Part shown: piece after piece, positions 1 through 7,443 of the stretch | How the letters are laid out: each line of letters opens with the position of its first letter | Numbering within the stretch: position 1 is the stretch's first letter | From: a virus | Lineage: Duplodnaviria > Caudoviricetes | Virus record (IMG/VR): IMGVR_UViG_3300024310_000027 | Location: 1-28,031 of that record | Reading direction: 5' to 3' (one strand) | DNA length: 28,031 nt | Program-made: the position numbers and the translations under genes | The notes under the pieces: model-generated | Databases searched by the model: none | What the model was told of the DNA's origin: nothing | The model's input: the letters and a program-made list of their open reading frames with translations, nothing else

Positions 1-7
1 ATAGTTG

Positions 8-35
8 TTGACATCGAAATTCAGAGTAGTAGTAT
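8..35 (+). promoter_or_regulatory. Sigma70-type early promoter (pR-like)
   Basis: TTGACA at 8-13, 16-nt spacer, TAGTAT at 30-35, upstream of the first gene. Confidence 0.7.
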
Positions 36-41
36 GCGTCT

Positions 42-57
42 TGTTACACGAGTAACA
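42..57. promoter_or_regulatory. Palindromic operator-like site TGTTAC-N4-GTAACA
   Basis: Perfect 6-bp inverted repeat at the expected transcription start. Confidence 0.5.
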
Positions 58-72
58 CGGCAGGAGACACGA

Positions 73-315
73 GTGATTCAACTTGAACCAAGTGAACGGT
101 TGGTGTGGAAAACGGGCCGGATGCTCCAGTCGGAACTCCCCCGAACCCAAGGCTTGTGCCTTCGCCAACTGGTAGCACATACGGGCCTAAGCATGGGATG
201 GGTGGCCAAGTGGGTGGCGGAATTGGAAGCCAAGGGTATGGCCACAAGCAGAAAGATCGGTTCTCGCCGGAAGAAGGGAACTACCCGATTCTTGGCGCCG
301 CGGAAGAGCAACTAG
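73..315 (+). CDS. Winged helix-turn-helix protein (Cro position)
   Basis: AGGAG at 62-66 precedes GTG 73; the ATG at 34 overlaps the -10 box. LRQLVAHTGLSMGWVAKWVAELEAKG fits a wHTH pattern. Confidence 0.65.
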   Translation: MIQLEPSERLVWKTGRMLQSELPRTQGLCLRQLVAHTGLSMGWVAKWVAELEAKGMATSRKIGSRRKKGTTRFLAPRKSN

Positions 316-323
316 GAGGACAT

Positions 324-683
324 ATGGACTTTCACACGATCCAGTTCTTGGCGTTTGTTGGGCTAGTGGTTTGTATCGGCGGCCTTTGGTTTAGGAGCCG
401 TCACACCCAGATTAGGAGCCGCTACCAATGTCCGGCAGGAAGCCAATCGCGCCAGAAGATATTCACGGAAGTGCAACTGGATACTCGACTCATGGATGCC
501 GCTGCGCGGATTGCTGCCACTGGAAAACATTGCAGAACAGGCAGCGCTACGGGAAGCCGTACTCGGAAAAAGCCAAGTCTCTTCAGTGTCCGAGCTGCCC
601 TAATTATTTCTCGAGCGATTCCGATTACAAGGCGCACTACAAGCAAGCGCACGCAGGGAGGCGGTAGCCATGAACAACGATAA
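324..683 (+). CDS. Possible membrane-anchored protein; 3' part overlaps the next gene and is doubtful
   Basis: Strong AGGAGG RBS before ATG 324; hydrophobic FLAFVGLVVCIGGLWF. Confidence 0.4.
   Translation: MDFHTIQFLAFVGLVVCIGGLWFRSRHTQIRSRYQCPAGSQSRQKIFTEVQLDTRLMDAAARIAATGKHCRTGSATGSRTRKKPSLFSVRAALIISRAIPITRRTTSKRTQGGGSHEQR
428..667 (+). CDS. Small zinc-binding protein (HGxxxGYxxHGCRCxxC motif plus C2H2 finger)
   Basis: AGGAG at 414-418; motifs HGSATGYSTHGCRCADC and CPSC-x3-F-x5-Y-x2-H-x4-H. Confidence 0.75.
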   Translation: MSGRKPIAPEDIHGSATGYSTHGCRCADCCHWKTLQNRQRYGKPYSEKAKSLQCPSCPNYFSSDSDYKAHYKQAHAGRR

Positions 684-939
684 GAAAATCGGCGTTATCC
701 GCGAACTTGAGAACCTTCCTTCGCAGCCAAAGGTTAGCGATGGGATGTTCAACGTAGAAGAGTTCAGAAAGTCTCTTCTGCCTACTCGTCCGATGGGGAA
801 GCTCCTCCAGTTCCCAGCGCCCAAGATCGTTGAAGTCTCGCCAGCGCAGATCGTTGACCTCGAGAAACCCTTCGACATTCGCGAGACGGTTGACTTCCTG
901 TTTGCTCCTATTCCGCAGTACATCAAGGACGGTCAGTAA
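670..939 (+). CDS. Hypothetical protein
   Basis: GGAGG RBS; stop overlaps next start (TAATG). Confidence 0.7.
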   Translation: MNNDKKIGVIRELENLPSQPKVSDGMFNVEEFRKSLLPTRPMGKLLQFPAPKIVEVSPAQIVDLEKPFDIRETVDFLFAPIPQYIKDGQ

Positions 940-1220
940 TGGGCAAGCACACGCCAGGTCCGTGGAAAATTGACGGAGATAGGTTCGTGTACTCGCTGTA
1001 TCCAGATAATTACGCAAACCGCTTTCAGTGCTCCGTAAGTACGCAATCGGCAAACCAAGCAAGTCCAGATGAGCTGAAGGCTAACGCCCGACTGATCTCC
1101 GCCGCGCCGACGATGCTGGAAGCACTGAAAGAACTCCTTAACTGCCGATATGTTCGCGACTGCGAAGGTTGCACGAAACGAGTCAAGGACGCTATCGCCG
1201 CTGCAGAGGGTGAACTGTGA
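939..1220 (+). CDS. Conserved phage protein (HTPGPW...ANARLIxAAP family)
   Basis: KHTPGPW and ANARLISAAPTMLEALK signature, common in phage early regions. Confidence 0.85.
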   Translation: MGKHTPGPWKIDGDRFVYSLYPDNYANRFQCSVSTQSANQASPDELKANARLISAAPTMLEALKELLNCRYVRDCEGCTKRVKDAIAAAEGEL

Positions 1221-1402
1221 AGACCTATCCTCCCTGCGAATGCGGAGCCTGTGAAGAGAACCTCTGGAATCACGCAGACTCGTGCATGTGGAAGGGCTGC
1301 TCAAAGCTGACGTTCGGTAATCGCGAGAAGTTGGAATTAGATGAACGCCGTAACGCAGAAGCTACAGGAGAGAAGTACATGCCGCTGGAGGTGGAAGGGT
1401 GA
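1217..1402 (+). CDS. Small Cys/His-rich hypothetical protein
   Basis: GTGA coupling at both ends; CECG...H..SC. Confidence 0.65.
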   Translation: MKTYPPCECGACEENLWNHADSCMWKGCSKLTFGNREKLELDERRNAEATGEKYMPLEVEG

Positions 1403-1698
1403 GCACACAGCCTGTATTCAACTTTTCAACTTACGACGTCAGCCGTGGTCGGGATAACGCAGCCAGCAAGGATGCGAACCCGAGCGACGAGTCGAAAGCC
1501 AATCAGCGGGCCGCGATCCTGGAGTTTATCGAGAGCCGACCGGAAGAGGGTACAACGCTCTGCGACATACAGCGGAAGTTTGGATGGGAGAAGAACACGT
1601 TCTCGGGCAGATTAACTGAGCTCCGGCAAGCGGGGAAGCTAAACATTTTTGGTAGGCGTGAACGATGTTCGATCTATTACGCAGTGAGGGGGGTATAG
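1399..1698 (+). CDS. Winged-HTH DNA-binding protein
   Basis: AILEFI...GTTLCDI...SGRLTELRQAG pattern. Confidence 0.75.
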   Translation: MSTQPVFNFSTYDVSRGRDNAASKDANPSDESKANQRAAILEFIESRPEEGTTLCDIQRKFGWEKNTFSGRLTELRQAGKLNIFGRRERCSIYYAVRGV

Positions 1699-1700
1699 CA

Positions 1701-1928
1701 ATGGGCGAGAGTCGAGGCGGCGGTCTTTTCATGGCGGCGGTGTTGGGAATGTTGAGCGGTAAAAGTACAGACGAAATCGTTGATGAGCTTATCGACCCCA
1801 AGTGCTTCAAGTGCGGAAAGTCATTTCCGATCAACGACCTGATTCACATCAGTGCTGGAAACATCTGCGCTCCCTGCGTACTCGATAGCAGCGTAAAGAA
1901 CGGAGAAGCCCATGACACACGAGATTGA
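1701..1928 (+). CDS. Small zinc-finger-like hypothetical protein
   Basis: GAGGGGG RBS before ATG 1701; CFKC...ICAPC. Confidence 0.6.
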   Translation: MGESRGGGLFMAAVLGMLSGKSTDEIVDELIDPKCFKCGKSFPINDLIHISAGNICAPCVLDSSVKNGEAHDTRD

Positions 1929-2133
1929 TGTACGCCGACAGTGGGACGGAATAGAGCAGGTTCCAGTTGTGCGAAGACTGATTTCTGCGGAGGAAGAGTC
2001 GAAGCGGAGAATCGCAAACCTTCTGACTCCAGAGCCTCGTGAGTACAACGTGATGTTGATAGTCCTTCCTGCTGCGGTGATAGGTATAGCTCTTTTCTTC
2101 TACGCAACGAATGTGTTGTGGGTGAGGCAGTAA
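1912..2133 (+). CDS. Hypothetical membrane protein
   Basis: GGAG RBS; C-terminal hydrophobic helix. Confidence 0.65.
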   Translation: MTHEIDVRRQWDGIEQVPVVRRLISAEEESKRRIANLLTPEPREYNVMLIVLPAAVIGIALFFYATNVLWVRQ

Positions 2134-2462
2134 TGAACAACGACCTAAAGGCGTTAGCTGTTAAGTCTGCGATGCGGAAGATGATGCAGCAAGGGTACTT
2201 CGACATCTGCACAGTGCGGAACTGCCTTGGACTGCTTGGCATCGTGCCGACATCTGAATCCTACAAGATTTTAGAAACGATTCATTGCGTCAACTACAAC
2301 GCGATGGAGCCAGAGATTCGCACGGCGCTACCTATGCTGCTGCGGGAGACATTCGACGGTATCGACATCGAAGCGATGTTGGGAGCCACGCCAACCTCAA
2401 AGGAACTGGCAGAGAAAGCCGGATTCTGGAAGCGCCTGACGGGCGGAAATGGTGAAGCCTAA
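2133..2462 (+). CDS. Hypothetical protein
   Basis: TAATG coupling at both ends; GAGG RBS. Confidence 0.7.
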   Translation: MNNDLKALAVKSAMRKMMQQGYFDICTVRNCLGLLGIVPTSESYKILETIHCVNYNAMEPEIRTALPMLLRETFDGIDIEAMLGATPTSKELAEKAGFWKRLTGGNGEA

Positions 2463-2740
2463 TGAACAAGCTATTCGACCTTCTATTTGGCTGCACACAC
2501 GCTCGCTACACCTTCCCGCTAAAGACGAACGGCTTGCATTACGTCTGCTGCCTCGACTGCGGAAAAGAGTTCGACTACGACTGGAACAAGATGAAGGTGA
2601 AGGGACCGCGCACCATCATTGACGGCAGCCACTTTCTTCGATGGCAGGAAGATGCGGAGAGAGTCTTAGCAGCGCACGAGCGAGTAACGATCAGCCTGGA
2701 AGATACCAAGTTTCTAAAGGCTATGCGAATCAAGGCTTAG
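2462..2740 (+). CDS. Small zinc-binding protein (LFGCxH...YVxCLDCGKEFxYDW)
   Basis: Coupled start; motif resembles small proteins I recall from Acidobacteriota genomes. Confidence 0.75.
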   Translation: MNKLFDLLFGCTHARYTFPLKTNGLHYVCCLDCGKEFDYDWNKMKVKGPRTIIDGSHFLRWQEDAERVLAAHERVTISLEDTKFLKAMRIKA

Positions 2741-2744
2741 AAGA

Positions 2745-2849
2745 GTTGTGTGCGGCGGGTTTCTAACTACAACCACCAGCCGCGAGGCTGCTTAGGGAAA
2801 CGCGGGTACGTTGACCGCCTACAAGAGCTTGGAATAAGCCGCACACAGC
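2745..2849 (+). other. Multi-stem structured intergenic region
   Basis: 12-bp closing helix 2745-2756/2838-2849 with internal hairpins, including CAGCC-GCGA-GGCTG. Confidence 0.55.
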
Positions 2850-2879
2850 AAGTTTTCAGTAGTTCGAGGAGGATGAGAG

Positions 2880-3899
2880 ATGGCCGCAGCACAGGCAATA
2901 CCAGTACCACGCAAGGCAGAGAAGCGCAGAGTAAAGCTCAAGATCGCTATTCAGGGAACTAGCGGATCCGGAAAGACTGACGGCGCATTGTCGCTGGCCA
3001 AGAACCTTGTTCCCAACGGCAAAGTGTTGGTGGTTGATACGGAGAACGAGTCTGCATCGCTTTACGCTGACCGCTTTGAGTTCGACACTATCCCGCTATC
3101 AGCTCCGTACACGTCGGCACGATACGAGGCTTGCATTGACGCAGCAGTACGGGGCGGCTACGACGTTCTAGTTCTCGATGGCATCACGCCTCAATGGGAT
3201 GGTGAAGGTGGAATCCTTCGCCGCAAGGAAGAACTCGACAAGCGGCCAGGATCGAACAGCTTCACCAACTGGGCCGCGTTCACGCCAGAGCATACGCACT
3301 TCATAGAGACGATCAAACAGGCTCCAATCCACATCATCGCAACGATGCGCTCCAAGACTGAGTACATCCTTCAGGCGAATGACCGTGGAAAACAGATGCC
3401 GAAGAAGGTTGGCACCTCACCTATCCAGCGCGACGGATTCGAGTATGAGTTCTCGCTTGTGCTCGATGTGCAGATGGATCACCGAGCTATCGCCATCAAA
3501 GACCGCACCACGTTGTTCTCAGACGAGCCGGTGAACCTCCGTGATGCGAAGGTTGCCGAAATGCTTACCGAGTGGCTGGCGTCGGCAAAGATCGAGCCAG
3601 AGAAGGCAGCAGCGCCAACAGCAGTTGCTTCGCCGGCTCCGCTAAATCCTGTCACAAACATTGATGAGTCGTATCAGATCCTCGAACTCTGCAAGGTTGA
3701 CGAGATTACAAAGTCCAACAGCAAAAAGGACATGTTCTCGATGCTCATCAACCCCGTTGAAGGATTGGATATGGCCTTCTGCTACGACATCAAGCTCCAC
3801 GATCGCATGAAGCAGCTTGTCGGAACTCCCATCAAGGTAACTGGCAAGTGGGGAAACAAAGGCTTCTTTGTGAACACGTTGATAGACGAACCATTTTAG
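2880..3899 (+). CDS. Sak4-like AAA ATPase (phage single-strand annealing protein)
   Basis: Walker A GTSGSGKT, VDTE, VLVLDGIT, HIIATMRSK and QRDGFEYEF motifs; GAGGAGG RBS. Confidence 0.85.
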   Translation: MAAAQAIPVPRKAEKRRVKLKIAIQGTSGSGKTDGALSLAKNLVPNGKVLVVDTENESASLYADRFEFDTIPLSAPYTSARYEACIDAAVRGGYDVLVLDGITPQWDGEGGILRRKEELDKRPGSNSFTNWAAFTPEHTHFIETIKQAPIHIIATMRSKTEYILQANDRGKQMPKKVGTSPIQRDGFEYEFSLVLDVQMDHRAIAIKDRTTLFSDEPVNLRDAKVAEMLTEWLASAKIEPEKAAAPTAVASPAPLNPVTNIDESYQILELCKVDEITKSNSKKDMFSMLINPVEGLDMAFCYDIKLHDRMKQLVGTPIKVTGKWGNKGFFVNTLIDEPF

Positions 3900-3904
3900 A
3901 GAGA

Positions 3905-3970
3905 TTCCGGTAGTGGCCTATGAGGGGCGTGGGAACCCCTTAGAACGATATGGCGGGGCTACTACCGGAA
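3905..3970 (+). other. Long intergenic stem-loop
   Basis: 14-bp helix 3905-3918/3957-3970 (one G-U) enclosing hairpin 3921-3942. Confidence 0.55.
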
Positions 3971-3988
3971 GCAGTTTCAGGAGAGCAA

Positions 3989-4456
3989 ATGAGCACGAAT
4001 GCAATGGCGGTTGAGAGTGGCGAGTCGGCGTTAGTTCTAGTTGAGAAGATGGCCGCAGCCGAGCTGTTTGAGACTCTCCGCAAAGAGCAGCAGGAAAGAG
4101 AGCAGCGAGATCGAGACGCAGCCATAGCCGCAAAAGCAGCAGCAGATGCAGAGGCCAAGGCCGCACAGGCCATCCGTGAAAAGCAGGAAGCGGAGGCACG
4201 AGCCATAGCAGCCGAAGCCAGAGCCAAAGCAGACGCAGAGGCAGCAGTAGAGCGTGAGCGTCAGCGCGTGGAATCCGAGAAGAAGGCAGCAGCGGAATCA
4301 GAAGCAAAACGAGAGGCCAATAAGAAGCACGTCGCCATCGTGAATGCGGATGCAATAGCAGCCTTGGAGTCGGCTGGCGTCGAAGCAGCTTCAGCACGTC
4401 TCGCAATCGAAGCAATCGCGTCCGGCAAAGTTCCAAACGTTCGAATTTCGTACTAG
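3989..4456 (+). CDS. Ala/Glu/Lys-rich coiled-coil phage protein, apparently internally shortened
   Basis: AGGAG RBS before ATG 3989; C-terminus REANKKH...AIASGKVPNVRISY typical of a phage coiled-coil family found next to recombinases. Confidence 0.75.
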   Translation: MSTNAMAVESGESALVLVEKMAAAELFETLRKEQQEREQRDRDAAIAAKAAADAEAKAAQAIREKQEAEARAIAAEARAKADAEAAVERERQRVESEKKAAAESEAKREANKKHVAIVNADAIAALESAGVEAASARLAIEAIASGKVPNVRISY

Positions 4457-4473
4457 CAAGCTGTAGTAGTCAG

Positions 4474-4514
4474 GGCGGTGTGTGAACTTCCTCCAATCGC
4501 GCACCGCCACTTTT
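4474..4514 (+). terminator. Possible intrinsic terminator or processing stem
   Basis: GGCGGTGTG...CGCACCGCC followed by ACTTTT; the loop is large. Confidence 0.45.
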
Positions 4515-4555
4515 ATAACGAATCAGAGTAGCTGGAATTAGGGACACGGATACAG

Positions 4556-4939
4556 ATGGCGAGCCATTACGGAAACGGGCATAAGGGCACGAAGTGGATT
4601 ACCTACGATGCTGGATGCCCACTGGAAATGCCCGATGTTCCTTGTTGCTACGTAGTGATTGTTAGGGGCGAGGCCATATATGTCGGGCAGAGTAAGCACC
4701 CCTTCAGTCGGATGGTTTCTCACGGACTTAACTGCGGCTGGGGATCGAGTACTTATGTCCCCTGGCTAGATGAGCACATCTCCGCGAAAGAAGTTCTTTT
4801 GAAATGTAAGTTCCAGCACAGATTAGGCGATTACGCCATGTTGGAAATTCGCCTGATCGATCGGCTGAAACCTAGATTCAACTGCATTGGATCCACGAAG
4901 CCACGCCGAAAGCGCATTACGAAGGTGAATCGTGGCTAG
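4556..4939 (+). CDS. GIY-YIG family nuclease
   Basis: CCYVV...IYVGQS...SRM..H, then E..LI..LKPRFN. Confidence 0.75.
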   Translation: MASHYGNGHKGTKWITYDAGCPLEMPDVPCCYVVIVRGEAIYVGQSKHPFSRMVSHGLNCGWGSSTYVPWLDEHISAKEVLLKCKFQHRLGDYAMLEIRLIDRLKPRFNCIGSTKPRRKRITKVNRG

Positions 4940-5780
4940 AGAAAAGGCCCCAGCTTATCAGCGATACCCGAAACAGATCATGGGAGACGACAAGGTTCTC
5001 CTTATGGATTGGGATGCTTACGGTATGCACAACTGGCTACTCGACATCTCCTGGCAGCAAGATCCACGCGGCACCATACCCGACGACACGGCCGTATTGC
5101 GTCGCTGGCTTCGCAACCCGTCAGACGAAACATGGCGGCGTGTGTGGCCACAGATCAATACCGCTTGGCCGATTCTGGAAGGTGGTCGCCGGGGTAATGC
5201 AGGGATGATGCGATGTGCAGAGAAGCAAGAGAACTACCGAAACGGCAATCGCGGGAAAGAGAAGTACGCAAACGGTACGCAAATTGGTACGCAAATAACG
5301 TCAGGTTTGGTTCGTAAATCTACAGAAGATGAAGATGAAGTCGTAATTGGTTTACAGGTTCTAAAACCAGACTACAAACCAGCTTTTCTGTTGGAAGATT
5401 TTGACCCTCAGACGCGGTTCTCTGCGCTCTGTGGCGTGTATCCGAAGCCGAATAGATCATATCTCGGAATGCAAGCGTACCAGCGCGCAGTGGAGTCGAT
5501 GGTGTCTGTAAATAGGCCAGACAGGAACGAGATAGCTGACGCGATTGAGCAGGCGGCGGCTGCTTATGTCCAGGCGAAGCGTGGGGCCGACAAGAAATAC
5601 ATTCCTGAACTCATAGCGTGGCTAGATAAGGGAATTTGGCAACAAGATCCAGCATGTTGGGAAGAAACGAAGGTGGATGGAGATGGACAGCGAAAACAAA
5701 CAGCCGGTGATCGATACAGCGCAGCAGTCGCACTTCGAAGAGCAAATGCGGCTAATGGCAAACAACTGGAAAAATCGTGA
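4932..5780 (+). CDS. Phage replication initiator (DUF1376/YdaU-like N-terminus)
   Basis: PAYQRYP...AYG...LL..SW...GTIPDD..L pattern; C-terminal YPK...KYIP...WL...W; internal direct repeats. Confidence 0.75.
   Translation: MAREKAPAYQRYPKQIMGDDKVLLMDWDAYGMHNWLLDISWQQDPRGTIPDDTAVLRRWLRNPSDETWRRVWPQINTAWPILEGGRRGNAGMMRCAEKQENYRNGNRGKEKYANGTQIGTQITSGLVRKSTEDEDEVVIGLQVLKPDYKPAFLLEDFDPQTRFSALCGVYPKPNRSYLGMQAYQRAVESMVSVNRPDRNEIADAIEQAAAAYVQAKRGADKKYIPELIAWLDKGIWQQDPACWEETKVDGDGQRKQTAGDRYSAAVALRRANAANGKQLEKS
5264..5295 (+). repeat. Three GTACGCAAA direct repeats, candidate origin iterons
   Basis: Copies at 5264, 5275 and 5287 inside the initiator linker. Confidence 0.6.
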
Positions 5781-6087
5781 TGCCGAAGAGTGGGCGGAAC
5801 TAGATCCAATCTTCCGCGGAATTTACCAGGAGGTTGGGCCAGCGCGATTCGAGGAATGCACTCGCAAGTGTATCCGCTTCCATCGCTCACCAGATGGCCG
5901 ATCGTTCGCACCGTCAGTTTCTGAGTGGGAAGTGTGGATGCCTAAACCGCCGAAAGCTCTGGAGCCGTCAACAGTCGAGAAGATGGCCGAGCTGAGAAAG
6001 CGTGCTGAGGCTGGTGAGCAGTTCTACGGAATGGCTGATGTTGCCGAAATAATCCAGAAGGCTTTGAAAGCGCAGGGGAAAGCATGA
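5677..6087 (+). CDS. Hypothetical protein at the helicase-loader position
   Basis: Follows the initiator; FAPSVSE resembles the F.PT..E motif of such proteins. Start uncertain. Confidence 0.55.
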   Translation: MEMDSENKQPVIDTAQQSHFEEQMRLMANNWKNRDAEEWAELDPIFRGIYQEVGPARFEECTRKCIRFHRSPDGRSFAPSVSEWEVWMPKPPKALEPSTVEKMAELRKRAEAGEQFYGMADVAEIIQKALKAQGKA

Positions 6088-6809
6088 GAGGCATACCTAA
6101 CAATCCGGTTGCATGTGAAGTATGCGGTAAGCCTGGCTTTCCGTCACTGCGGCGGTGCAATTCACATCGACCGCCGAACCCTCGCAAGAGATTCTTTTTC
6201 ACGCCAGAGATGGACGTAGAAGTTCGCGATGTGTGGACGAAGTTTGCGACGGACAAGTTTGCTCTTACGGCTGGCATCGATCGGCTGGTTAAGAAGTATC
6301 CGACATTCCCGCGCTACATCTTCAAGAACCGAGCGCAGCAGTTAGGTGTGACGTTTGACACTCGCCACCACTGGACGGAAGCAGAGAAACGGTTCCTCCG
6401 TGACAACGCCGGCGAGATGACGATAAAGGAGATGGCGAAGGCGTTGGGACACGGCTTCCAAAAAGTAGCCTCCCAAATGGAGTACATGAAGGTAAGTGCA
6501 AGAGTTTCGCACGACGGCTACACGATGGAGGATTTCTGTAACTGCATCGGTGTGGCGCACCAAACCGTTCTCAAATGGGAGAAGCAGAGAATCGTTTCAC
6601 GCTACGCCGGAAGGTTCAGTGAGAACACCGTCAGGCACTTCATACGCAATCATCCCGATAAGTATGACCTGCGACGAGTGGATCAGACGTGGTTCAAGGG
6701 GCTGCTATTCGACAGCGCAGGATGCTTCACGCCCAAACCGACCAAAGCAAAGATGTTGCAGGAAGCGTTGGAGCACAGGGTTGTAGAGATGTCAGGGGCG
6801 CTGGCGTGA
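6084..6809 (+). CDS. Multi-HTH DNA-binding protein with N-terminal Cys motif
   Basis: CEVCG; WTEAEKRFLRDN...TIKEMAKALG; second HTH-like CIGVAHQTVLKWE. Confidence 0.7.
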   Translation: MRGIPNNPVACEVCGKPGFPSLRRCNSHRPPNPRKRFFFTPEMDVEVRDVWTKFATDKFALTAGIDRLVKKYPTFPRYIFKNRAQQLGVTFDTRHHWTEAEKRFLRDNAGEMTIKEMAKALGHGFQKVASQMEYMKVSARVSHDGYTMEDFCNCIGVAHQTVLKWEKQRIVSRYAGRFSENTVRHFIRNHPDKYDLRRVDQTWFKGLLFDSAGCFTPKPTKAKMLQEALEHRVVEMSGALA

Positions 6810-7216
6810 GCGACTCAATCACATTCATTGTGTACGGTCATCCAGAACCCCAAGGTTCTTTTCGAGCGATGAACCACGCCAAGAGCGGAAAGGCGATCGT
6901 CACGCAGTCAAACAAGAAGATGCTTCCATATCGCCAGATGGTATCGCAGACAGCAGCGGTTACTTTTCGCGGAAGAATGGCCGGCAAGCACGTTCCGGTT
7001 GAGATGGTAGTCAGATTCTTTCTTGCCAAGCCGCCAAGCGCACCCAAGAAGCGCGAGTATCCATCCGTGAAGCCAGACATCGACAAACTTGAGCGCTGCA
7101 TTCTCGATGCGCTGACAGGAATCGCTTACGTGGATGACGGTCAAGTAGTGGGCATGGACAAGAAGAAGCTGTATGGGCTTCCTGAGAGAACAGAGATCAC
7201 GGTGAAGGCTCTATGA
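6806..7216 (+). CDS. rusA: RusA family Holliday junction resolvase
   Basis: PEPQGS, KPDIDKLERCILDALTGIAYVDDGQVV; GTGA-coupled start. Confidence 0.93.
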   Translation: MSDSITFIVYGHPEPQGSFRAMNHAKSGKAIVTQSNKKMLPYRQMVSQTAAVTFRGRMAGKHVPVEMVVRFFLAKPPSAPKKREYPSVKPDIDKLERCILDALTGIAYVDDGQVVGMDKKKLYGLPERTEITVKAL

Positions 7217-7443
7217 AGCTTCATCCAGGAATCAGCGACGCTGCTCCTATCTCTGGTAAGCCGTACAGAACGTTGTGCGGAGTAGAGATCAAAAGAGCAG
7301 AAGTAGTTTTGGATGTTGAGGGAGATTTGAGATTTGCCGATCTATCGAGCTTAGGAAATTGCGCGAGATGTAGGAAGAAGTTGAAGGACGTTAAGGTTTC
7401 GGGCCGTGTTGTTCTTTTTGCGGTGTACGAGGGGGAAGAGTGA
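7213..7443 (+). CDS. Hypothetical protein (TLCG...CARC)
   Basis: ATGA/GTGA coupling on both sides. Confidence 0.65.
   Translation: MKLHPGISDAAPISGKPYRTLCGVEIKRAEVVLDVEGDLRFADLSSLGNCARCRKKLKDVKVSGRVVLFAVYEGEE

Noticed and set aside
34-323. ORF starts at 34 and 105
   Set aside because: ATG 34 overlaps the -10 box and 105 lacks an RBS. GTG 73 and ATG 324 have good RBSs.
2745-2849. tRNA gene, or the 70-aa ORF 2750-2962
   Set aside because: No T-loop or D-loop consensus and wrong arm sizes. The ORF lacks an RBS and overlaps the ATPase gene.
3989-4456. TolA cell-envelope protein
   Set aside because: Similarity is only low-complexity Ala/Glu/Lys composition; no membrane anchor; phage context.
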